64,000 nucleotides of DNA from Mobula hypostoma. Lineage: Eukaryota. Under the pieces are notes generated by a model, which saw only the letters and a list, made by a program, of their open reading frames with translations, was not told the DNA's origin and made no database searches. The stretch is taken from NCBI RefSeq assembly GCF_963921235.1, contig NC_086097.1:90026001-90090000 (forward strand), given 5' to 3'. Positions 51,976 to 64,000 of the stretch are shown piece by piece. A program made the translations under genes and the position numbers. How positions within the stretch are numbered: the stretch's first letter is position 1; each line of letters begins with the position of its first letter.

Positions 51976-54283
51976 GTACCTCTTCCTAGAGATGCTCCCT
52001 GGCCTGCTGCATTCACCAGCAACTTTTATGTGTGTTGCAGTCTATCAATAAATGAATATCGAGACACGAAAAAATATATTAGGTGATATAACCGAGACCT
52101 TAGTCAAAGGGCAGCTTTTACTTCTTAAAGCACAGAGAGAGAGAGGTGGAGAGGTACCACAGCCAATGGTAAGGCAGAGTATGTATGGAAGGTTGCCAGC
52201 ATTTGACTACAAAAAATAAGTGACAAGTTAGAGTTTGATATTTTCAGAACTTCCTGAAGATGCTTCACAGGGGAGATTATTCTACCTCAAGAATTTCCCC
52301 AGTGGCCCCTGGATATTCCCATTGGGAGGATTATTCCAAGGGAAACTCCCATTTATCTCCAATGTTAGTAGGAGGCCACTCACTGCAAAGTCCTGACCAT
52401 TATGTCTGATGGCTGATTCTGTCAGAAGATTTATAAGGGAAAATGTACATTCTCAACAAATATGATATGGGCCAAATCATTTCCCAATTAAAGTAGGGGC
52501 ATTCTGCCCAAAACAGGACTATTTCCAGCCTCAGCATAGAGGTAAGAATCGGACCCATGGAAATTCTGGTGTTGTCTTCCCTACAGAGTTACAGAGAAAA
52601 GATCATAAGTATTTAAGGTGGAGAGAGATAGGAAGGTCTTTTACGTGTTGAAAGACTGAATAGTTGAGGGCTATGGGGAACTGGGAAATAAGAGGAGGTG
52701 AGACCTGGGCAGATCATTTATGATCATCATTGATATTGGGGCAGGCTTGCGGGGACAGATGGCCAATCCTGGTCCTATATTCTTGTACTGATGAATAGTG
52801 CAAAGATCCCAGAGCACTCTAGGAGCTTAAGGGTACCCAGATATTATGGAAGGATCTGAACAAGATGAAGAATGTTTTATAATCAAGCAGTTACAGAGCA
52901 GAGGTGACTGTGGGTCAGCAAACATTGGCGTGGTGGGGAGATGGCTGCAGGCACTCCAAAAGCTCCTCGTGGATTCAGTGACTGTTCAGCTTTCCATGGT
53001 TGAGTTCATCTTGGACCTCTGTTCAACGTCAGCTAGCCTGACCTGTTGCTCCAGCACTGGAGCAAACAATGGAGCACTGACTGATGGAAAGTGAGTCCAT
53101 TTGCACGTTGCATTCAGTGGCTTTGTATAGTGCCCGGACAGGTGCTGAACAGGTAGTTATACCTTACAACTGAATGGGATCAGTGACTTTGTGGAAAAGT
53201 GTAAGTACAGTTTCATGGCTAGTTGTAAAAATGTTTCTTATTATTTACTTTTAATGTTATTTTATCTTATTTATTTTCTTATTTATCTAAATATACTTGA
53301 AATGCTTTAATGCTCATTTTACTTTATTTTAATACTGTTGTTAATGTTGTGAGGTGTCTTGTATTCAATTATTTTTAATATCTCAGCAACTTTTATTTAA
53401 GTTGCCTTCTTGATATTCATATCTACCTGAAATGTTTTGAATGGTTATTTTTCTTTTAATGTTTTCCATCTTTCCACTTGTACTTTAAACTGTTTTTAAA
53501 ATAAATTTACTCACTAATATTTATAATGCCTTAATTGTTCTTATATGATCCTGTTTGAAGTATTTTAACATAACCACCAGAGACGCTTCAAGTTAGTTCA
53601 GAAGCTTTGGACACCAGTGAGATGTCAAGGTTTTCTGCAACTGGGGTCTTCAGGAATGTTGGCTTTAGTATGCTGACATTATGGCACCCACTCTGCCTTG
53701 TCCTCTGCCCTCTGTGTCTAGTGGGTCAATACTGCAGGTTACGAGTCTGGGCAGCCAGCTGGTTCAGCATGACCTGGTCTGATGGGTCAAATCGGCAAGT
53801 CCCCAGGTCTGGCGTGATGGGATGAAAGGACAGCCACAAAGCATTACTGTAACTGTTTACATGGAAGATAAACTGCAGTCTGATCTGTTTAGGTTTGTTT
53901 TGTTTTGGAAGTTGGATGAAATCCTATGCATACCAGTCAAAAATAAAGCCCAGATGTGATGAAAATAACACTGCAAAGTCATTACAGTACAAGAATTAAA
54001 TATGACAAACACAAATACAGGACATGGAACAATATTTATGAAATTAAATCTGAATTGCTAGTTTTGTGCATTTTGACTAAAGCTGTTGGCATATTTGTAA
54101 ATACATTTCTGCCACCTGTACCCATATGCATGCCATAGCAGAATATCACAGACTATCAGTGAAAATGTAATTGGCAACTGGTTGTATTGAATGTAATTTG
54201 TTGGTGTTGCAATAAAAAATTAGTAAAAAAAAAAGAATATCTCAGACTGAGATTTAAAGAAAATTTTAAAGACATTTACGTAT

Positions 54284-57200
54284 AAGACATAGGAGCAGAA
54301 TTAGGCCATTCCACATATTGAGTCTGGTATACCATTTGATCATTGTCGATTTATTATCCCTCTCATCGCATCCTCCTGCCTTCTACCGTAACCTTTGATG
54401 CCCTTACAAATCAAGATCCTATCATCCTCCACTTTAAATATACCCAATGGCTTAGTCGCTACAGCATTATATGGCGATCAGTTTCATAGAATCACCACCC
54501 TCTGGCTAAATAAATTTTTTTTCATCTCTGTTCTATAGGGACAGCCTTGTATTCTAAAGCTGTGCCATCTGGTCCTAGACTACCCTACTATTCAGAATCA
54601 GAATCAAGTTTATTATCACCAGCATGTGACCTGAAATTTGTTAACCTAGCAGCAGCAATTCTATGCAGTACATAATCTAGCAGAGAAATAATAATAATAA
54701 TAAATAAAATAAAAATAATAATCAATAAGCAATTAAATCAATTACATTTATTGAACAGATTTTTAAAAACAGAAATACTGTATATTAAAAAAAGTGAGGT
54801 AGTGTCCAAAGATTCAATGTCCATTTACGAATCGGATGGCAGAGGGGAAGAAGCCGTTCCTGAATCGCTGAGTGTGTGCCTTCAGGCTTCTGTACCTCCT
54901 ACCTGATGGTAACAGTGAGAAAAGGACATGCCCTGGGTGCTGGAGGTCCTTAATAATGGACGCTGCCTTTCTGAGACACCGCTCCCTGAAGATGTCCTGG
55001 GTACTTTTCAGGCTAGTACCCAAGATGGAGCCGACTAAATTTACAGCCCCCTGCAGCTTCTTTCAGTCCTGTGCAGTAGCCCCTCCATACCAGACAGTAA
55101 TGCAGCCTGTCAGAATGCTCTCTGTGGTACAAACATAGAAGTTTTTGAGTGTATTTGTTGACATGCCAAATCTCTTCTAACTCCAAATAAAGTATACTCG
55201 CTGTCTTGCCTTCTTTATAACTACATCGATATGTTGGGAGCAGGTTAGATCCTCAGAGATCTTGATACCCAGGAACTTGAAGCTGCTCACTTTCTCCACT
55301 TCTGATCCCTCTATGAGGATTGGTATATGTTCCTTCATCTTACCCTTCCTGAAGTCCACAATCAGCTCTTTCATATTACTGATGTTGAGTGCCAGGTTGT
55401 TGCTGCGGCACCACTCCACTAGTTGGCATATCTCACTCCTGTACGCCCTCTCGTCACCACCTGAGATTCTACCAACAATGGTTGTGTTGTCAGCAAATTT
55501 ATAGATGGTATTTGAGCTATGTCTAGCCACACAGCCATGTGTATATAGAGAGTAGAGCAGTGGGCTAAGCACACACCCCTGAGGTGCGCCAGTGTTGATC
55601 GTCAGCGAGGAGGATATGTTATCACCAATCTGCACAGATTGTGATCTTCAGGTTAGAAAGTTGAGGATCCAATTGCAGAGGGCGGTACAGAGCCCCAGGT
55701 TCTGCATCTTCTCAATCAGGATTGTGGGAATGTTGTTATAAATACTGAGCTATAGGTGATGAATAACATCCTGACGTAGGTGCTTGTGTTGTCCAGGTAG
55801 ACTAAAGCCGTGTGAAGAGCCATTGAGATTGTGTCTGCCATTGACCTATTGTGGCGATAGGCAAATTGCAATGGGTCCAGGTCCTTGCTGAGGCAGGAGT
55901 TCAGTTTAGTCATGACTAACCTCTCAAAGCATTTCATCACTGATGATGTCAGTGCTACCAGGCAATAGTTATTAAGGCAGCTCACATTATTCTCCTTAGG
56001 CACTGGTATAATTGTTGCCTTTTTGAAGCAAGTGGGAACTTCCACCCGTAGCAGTGAGAGGTCGAAAATGTCCTTAAGTACTCCCGCTAGTTGGTTGGCA
56101 CAGGTTTCCAGAGCCTTACCAGGTACATCATTAGGACCCTCCGCCTTGCGAGGGTTCACTCTCTTTAACATCAGCCTCTGAGACTAACATTGGCCTCTGA
56201 GTCGGAGATCACAGAGTCATCAGGTGCAGCAGGGATCTTCACAGCTGTAGTTGTGTTCTCCCTTTGAAAGTGGGCATAGAACACCTTGAGTTCATCCGGT
56301 AGTGAAGCGTCGCTGCCATTCAAGCTATTGGGTTTTGCTTTGTAGGAAGTAATGTCTTGCAGACCCTTCCAGAGTTGCCGTGCATCTGATACTGCCTCCA
56401 ACTTCATTCAAAATTGTCTCTTCACCCTTGAAATAGCCCTCTGCAAATCATACCTGGTTTTCTGGTACAGGCCTGGGTTGCCAGACTTGAATGTCACAGA
56501 TCCAGCCTTCAGCAGACGACGTACCTCCTGACTCATCCTCGGCTTTTGGTTTGGGAATGTACAGTAAGTCTTTCTGGGCACACACTCATCCACACAGGTT
56601 TTAAAGAAGTCAGTAACAACTGCAGCATACTCATCCGATTCAAAGCAGTCCTGTAGGCGCTCCTGTGCTTCCCTTGTCCATTCCTTCTTGGTCCTCACTG
56701 CTGCTGCTGCAGTCTTTAGTCTCTGCCTATACTCAGGGAGTAGAAGTACAGCCAGGTAATCAGACTTCCCGAAGTGAGGGCGTGGAATAGCACGGTAGGC
56801 ATTCTTGATGGTGGTGTAGCAATGGTCCAGTGTGTTGTTTCCTCTGGTATTTCAAGGGATTTGTTGATAGTAGGTGCCCTTAGACACGTGCTATTGGAAA
56901 AACCCTCTCAACGTCCAATATACATCAAAGCATTTCAATATTTGATAGGTTTTAATGAGACTGCCACCTTTCACTCTTATGAACTTCAGTGAGTTTAGGT
57001 CGGGAGCCATCAAACACTCCTCATACGAAAACTCCTTCATTCCCGTGATCATTCTCATGAACATCGTCGGAACCCTCTCCAATGTCAGCACACCTTTTCT
57101 TGGTTAACGGTCCCAAAACTGCTTGTAATGCTCCAAGTGAGGTTTGACCAATGCTTTATAAATCCTCAGGATTACATCCTCGCTTTTATATTCTAGTCCT

Positions 57201-57405
57201 CTCAAAATGAAGAACACTGCATTTGCCTTCCTAACCACCGTCTCAAACTGCACGTTAAACTTTAGGGAATCCTGCACTAGAATTCCATTTTCACCTCTGA
57301 GTTCTGAATTCGGTCTCCATTTAGAGAATATATTTTTTCTATCAAAGTGCGCATGACCATGCACTTCTCTACACTAGATTCCATCTGTTGCTTCTTTGCC
57401 CATTT
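54284..57405 (-). mobile_element. Old CR1 3' fragment split by a Rex1/Babar insertion
   Basis: CR1 tail at 54284-54590 continues at ~56891 (LERV...FMRMITGMK; YKALVKPHLEH); ctatt on both sides of the insert. Confidence 0.75.
54593..56850 (-). mobile_element. Rex1/Babar LINE, ~2.3 kb (endonuclease end + RT + 3' UTR)
   Basis: ORFs 56408-56698, 56171-56407, 55716-56171, 55177-55635 (TGAPQGCVLSPLLYSLYTH, FADNTT) and 54814-55023; (gattct) tail. Confidence 0.95.
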
Positions 57406-57675
57406 GGCAGAATTGCGAGGCAGGGTGAATTCATGGTGGGAGACATCAAACGTCATAGGACGGGGGCAAGAAGCAATGGGAGGAAGAACATTTGACAAGT
57501 AATATGTCCCAGCATGAGCAAATGTAGATGGACTAGACACGTTAATAATGATGGCAACACACACAAAATGCTGAAGGAAATCAGCAGGCCAGGCAGCACC
57601 TAGGAAAAGATTACAGTCAATGTTTCGGGCCCAGACCCTTTGGCAGGACTCAAGGGCTGCTCTGATTTCCAGCAT

Positions 57676-58305
57676 TAGATTAGATTAGATTATGAGGACA
57701 CGCAGTCCTCTTTTATTGTCATTTAGTAATGCATGCATTAAGAAATGATACAATGTTCCTCCAGTGTGATATCACAGAAACACAAGACAGACCAAGCCTG
57801 AAAAACTGACAAAAACCACATAAGTATAACACATAGTTACAACAGTGCAAACAATACTGTAATTTGATAGAAGAACAGACCATGGGCACGGTAAAAGGAG
57901 ACAGTAGAAGGAAGAAAACTCTCCTTACCATGAGCTTCCAGTGTCGCAAACTTGCCGATGCAGCACCCTGGAAACACTCGACCACAGTCCGACTCTCAAT
58001 CCGTCCGAAAACTTCGAGCCTCCGACACCGAGCACCGAGCACCATCTCTGCCAAGCGCTTCGACCACAGACCCGGCCGCCAGCAACAGGCAAAGCCGAGG
58101 ATTTGGGGCCTTCCCTCTGGAGATTCTCGATCGCACAGTAGCAGCGGCAGCAAAGCAGGCATTTCAGAAGTTTCTCCAGATGTTCCTCCGTGCTTCTCAT
58201 GTTTACCTCCATCAAATCAGGATTGTGCACGGCCCCTATTTAACAAATACGATATCATTTCACCAGAGAGGCCGCGCGATCTGCGTCACGCCGCCACCTT
58301 CTCCT
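57676..58305 (-). mobile_element. Non-coding, CpG-rich retroposon with (AATCT)n tail, inserted in a Penelope pLTR
   Basis: agattagattagatt tail and tttattgtc at the left; the host pLTR ttccagcat|ctgcag is split at 57675 and ~58306. Confidence 0.65.
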
Positions 58306-59234
58306 GCATCTGCAGGTTTTCTCTTGTTTGACGTTAATAATGATACTAGCAAGATCAATGGCAAAGGTGGGGTGGAGCAAATTCTGAGATATCTGCTTAA
58401 AGGAAGATCTATCAGGTGGGCATTCGACTTCACAACTGTGGTCCAGGTAAATCAACATCCCTTGCCTCAACTTTCACCTGATTCCTACTTGGTGTGAGTA
58501 GACCATGATGTCTGCAGGGATTGAATGGTTTAAAAAAGGTCTTCATAAGCAATGTCAAAGTATAAATTGATGAAGAATTATGGTCAGAAGGTTTCAAAGC
58601 ACCTACTGCCTGATGAGTTTGCACTCACTCACACTAATCCCATTTTATTCTCCCCACATCCTCAACAACTCCACCTTGATGTCCCCACTCCCTTATGCAC
58701 TAGGAACAACATATAGTGACCAATTAATATTCTAACATGTTCTTGGGGGTGTAGAAAAAAAGCAGAGCAGATGGAGGAAGGCCATGCATCTCACAAAAAG
58801 AGAATGAAAACTCCACACAGAGAGCACAGGACGTCAGGATTGAACCCAGGAGTTTTTAGAGCTGCACGACTGTGTGCCCATTTACAATGTTACTACACAT
58901 CTTACCAGTCTCCGTGTGTCTCCAGTCAAATTTGTGTGTACACTAAGGATGTTAATGAGTTCATTCGCTCTACAAAACACATAATAATAAAGCAGCATTG
59001 TGTGAGAGAATTTCCAGCCGTGTCTGTAATGCAAAATGGCATCAGCTTCAGTGAGACTCACACAGCTGGCAGGTATCCAGAATCTGAAGCACTAGCCTAC
59101 AGTTGCTGCTTGACCCGCTGAATTCCTCCAGCAGTTTGTTTTTCACTCTAGGTTCCAGTGTTTGTCATCTTTTGTGTCTACAAGTCAGATCAGATACTTT
59201 TTGGACAATAACTTGGAAGTTAAGGCAGGCTCTT

Positions 59235-59654
59235 CCTCCGAGAAGACCACAAACTTGCCGTTGGGTTTGGAGACTTGCGTGCCTCGATGAGGCGGAGAGC
59301 TAATGTTGGCCGGAGTCAGAGTTTTATGCTTCGGCTCTTGGTAGGGTCATGCATGGCAAACAGGTCAAAGGGTAGAGGCCAGACTGGTAGTCCACCGGTC
59401 CTCCAGGTTCAGGGGTTCAGCTCAGGGCCAACAACCCTGACCGGTCAAACAAAATGGTTATGGAAACAGCAATGAAGAATCCTTCTACATCTGAGTGCAA
59501 CGTTATTCCTGAGTCTCCACCCGGGACTTGCATGACTGGCAGCAGTGAAAACCGAGGGGAAGCTACTGACACAATGAAGGAAGCTATGAACACCACCAGA
59601 GACGGAGGACCTTCATTGCTGCCCTAAACTCCAGCGGCATAACAGGCACTGTAT
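59235..59654 (+). mobile_element. RTE-clade (BovB/Rex3-like) bipartite non-autonomous element
   Basis: RTE-like 5' UTR (gaccac...ggtagggtca...catggcaaacaggtc...ccagac...gtccaccgg) fused to an RTE-like 3' end (cttcattgctgccctaa); TSD ggcaggctctt/ggcagtctctt. Confidence 0.65.
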
Positions 59655-60721
59655 GGCAGTCTCTTGCTGACCTTGTCCTGAGAGGAGGTGGAGGTCGGAA
59701 AATTTAGAAGCAGCCACCAAAAGAGCTTTGGTCAGCTACTTACTAAGTCTAAGGGAGTGTCCTTGCAGAAGACTTGTTATAAACTACACTGTGCTGGTGC
59801 CCTGAGTGTCCTGCTCTTGTTTTGTTGGAAGTATCCTATTTGGTGGGGGAAGGGGCAGAGGCGTTATGAAGAGCTGTCGATACCCTTGATAACATGCTCC
59901 GAAAATGAAAATTTGAGATAGGCCAGCTGTATACTTTGTCAGCATTGGTGTGCAGCTCTGAAATGTTAGTAGCCTGTGTACTGTATGACCTGGGATCATG
60001 TAATACGTAACCCTGCAGGACAGCACATCATCAGAGCAGCACAAGAGAGCTGATGTTCTCTGCAGCCAATTATATCCACACAGGACCGATAGCAAATCAG
60101 ATTTTGAACTTCTCCTTAACAATTTAAAAGGCATTAACCATGATTAATGTGCGGCGTCCTTTTAGATTATAGTCCATACCGTGATAGGACCACAATTAGT
60201 AATGAAAGCAATTCAGAGTTAATCTATGTGAAAGGCATGCTGTCATTGAACTTATAACATGAGAAGGAGGTTTTTTCACTGAATCTAAGCTCTGTAATGT
60301 GGTTATTTATTTTTACTTCCAGAGGCATGAGTTTGTTCCTGTCAAACTCAAGGTATAATGTAATATTATACTTTATATTATATTGTAGTTTGATTTAATA
60401 TTAACTCTGGGCACCACTGATTGTTGAGGATATTATCTTCCTTATAGTGTGTAGATCTCATGATGTCCTGCAGGGTTGATCCAGATCATATGAGACTCTG
60501 GCTACTCACAAGCAGGACAGCAAATAACCACTGACAAAGTGTACAGTACTTTGAGATCTGAAGTTCAGAGATGTATAATCGAGGAAATGTTACACTGAGG
60601 GGCAGGTTATCAAATGAGCGTTACTCAGAGGACTGTGTTGAAGATGTTATACAGTGAGTGTTACATTTAGAGGAAGTTTATATTGAAGTGCTTCAAAGAG
60701 GGGCAGCTTCCAAACACTCTT

Positions 60722-62269
<1,548 letters not shown>

Positions 62270-62994
62270 CACAGTATGAAGCAGTGTACTTTTTCAATGA
62301 AGGGCAAGAGAAACCACAACACCCTCCATATTTTCCTACAAAATCCTCAGATAGAAGAAAAAAAGAAACCAATATTGTGACCTAATCTAATCGCTTCAGA
62401 ATTCTGGGCAGCGTTGGCATACAGTGGCCTTTTTAGCCTGCCCCACCATCCAGTATGGTCATAGCTAATCTGCACCAGGCGTCCACACCATTTTGCTGGC
62501 AAGATAACACCTCCTGCCCAACTTTAGTTCTTGGCCAACTCATTGTGCATTTAAGTGCCAGCTGCTCTGGAACAGGATTGGAGCCACTTCTGGGGTCAGT
62601 CAGGTCAGGATGGCAGGTTGACATTTACAAAGTCAAGGCTGACATACCAGCAGGTCAGCACTGTGAACATGCTACGCTCTCGGAAATACCAGCCTTGAAA
62701 TTACATTGTGTGGTGTTGATTTTCCAGCGATGTATCGCTGAAAACTGATCTAGCAAGATGTAATAGGCAGTCAGGACCACGGCTAGGTGGCTTCAGTTCA
62801 TTCCAGAATTTGAACCAAACTTCCCAATGAGATTCACCGTTTCACACCTGGAATAATAACTGTGGTAGTCATGCATGGTATCTAGTTGTTCTCAATGCAA
62901 CATTACAAGATAAACTAAAGCAAGCTGTCAAAGGAGAGACAGTTTGTCAATCCAGAAACAATTAGATTTTAATAATGCAGTTTTTAACACCTGG

Positions 62995-63445
62995 AATATA
63001 CAGGAGAATCATTTCGTCCTAGCTACTCAACAGAAAAACAGGCTCTTCCATGTGAACAAGATGTTTATCCAAGGTAGTCCCATTTGCCTGAATATGTCCT
63101 GTATCCCTCTAAATCTTTTCTGTCCATGAACCTGTCCAAATATCTTCTAAACATTGTCATTGGACCTGTCTCCATAGCTTCCTTTGGTGCTTGTTTTGCT
63201 TTTTGCTTTCACTCTTGCCCCTCACCTTTCTCCTCTCACATTGAACCTGTCCCTTCTACTTTTAGGCTCCCCTACCATGGGAAACAGGCTGTGATTATCT
63301 ACTCTGTGGCCCTCATTATTATACACAACTCTATAAGGTCACTCCTTGGCCTCCTATGCTCCAGGAAAACAGGCCTAGTCCCTCCTTATAACCAAAACCC
63401 TTCAGTCTAGGCAACACCCTTTCTAACTTCATCACATCCTTCCCA
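62995..63445 (-). mobile_element. Decayed CR1 3' end
   Basis: tatccctctaaatcttttctgtccatg...tatacacaactctataaggtcactcc...ctccaggaaaa. Confidence 0.65.
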
Positions 63446-63449
63446 CAGT

Positions 63450-64000
63450 GCAGGGCTCACTTTCAAGAACTCTTCATCTCATGTCCTCGATATTTATTGT
63501 TTATTTATTTATTTATTATTATTATTATTTCTTTCTTTTTGTATTTGCAAAGTTTGTTGTCTTGTGCACGCTGGTTGATCACCCAAGTTGGTGCAGTATT
63601 TCATTGAACAGTTATTATTCTGTGGATTTATTGAGTATGCCCGCAAGACAATGAATCTCAGGGTTGTATATGGTGACAGATATGTACACTACTTTGATAA
63701 TAAATTTACTTTGAACTTTGCAAACAATACTCCATGTGTTTCAGAATCAGGTTTAATATCACTGACATATGGTGTGATATTTGTTGTTTTGCAGCGGAGT
63801 AATATATTAAAATGTACCATAAATTATAATAAGGAATACATATCAAGAAATTAAATTCAGTAAGTAGTGCAAAAAGAGAGGAAAACAGTAAGGTAGGGTG
63901 CTCAAGGGTTCATTGTCCGTCAGAAATCCGATGGTGGAAGGCCGGAAGCTATTCCTACTATGTTGAGTATGTGTCTTCCAGCTCCTGTACCTCCTCTCTG
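63450..64000. mobile_element. Two tail-to-tail Rex1/Babar 3' ends (+ 63450-63720; - 63742-64000)
   Basis: actttgaactttg tail on +; cagaatcaggtttaatatcac tail on -. Confidence 0.75.

Larger units (their letters stand above)
51760..52038. mobile_element. Foldback Penelope pLTR element with TSD
   Basis: About 101-bp inverted arms (51798-51898 and 51938-52038); flanking duplication tgcagtctatca(t/a)ta at 51745-51759 and 52036-52050. Confidence 0.9.

Noticed and set aside
53130..53150. REST/RE1-like site (rc TTCAGCACC)
   Set aside because: Only the left half-site; the GGACAG half is in the wrong orientation.

Overview
Eukaryotic, repeat-saturated DNA that looks intronic or intergenic. The repeat spectrum (CR1 and Rex1/Babar LINEs, HE1/V-SINE-like tRNA SINEs, a Deu-domain-like SINE, Penelope-like elements) points by inference to a cartilaginous fish, probably a ray or shark. 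No host protein-coding gene can be called with confidence. Nearly all ORFs are transposon remnants, antisense shadows or microsatellite read-throughs. Main content: a near full-length CR1 (ORF1 zinc finger/coiled coil/SGNH esterase, ORF2 APE-RT), many truncated and nested CR1 and Rex1/Babar copies, a dead Tc1, a three-level nest of DNA transposons and two solo LTRs with clean TSDs. About ten Penelope-like (GIY-YIG) fragments carry minimal type I hammerhead ribozyme motifs. The most notable items are a TSD-flanked foldback element with two intact, divergent hammerheads (about 51.8-52.0 kb) and an orphan 117-nt hairpin whose seven non-Watson-Crick pairs are all G-U on the + strand (48.9 kb). That hairpin lies at the start of a repeat-poor island containing a GATA/RUNX/AP-1 motif cluster. 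Boundaries of old repeats are approximate and family names come from motif recognition, not database searches.
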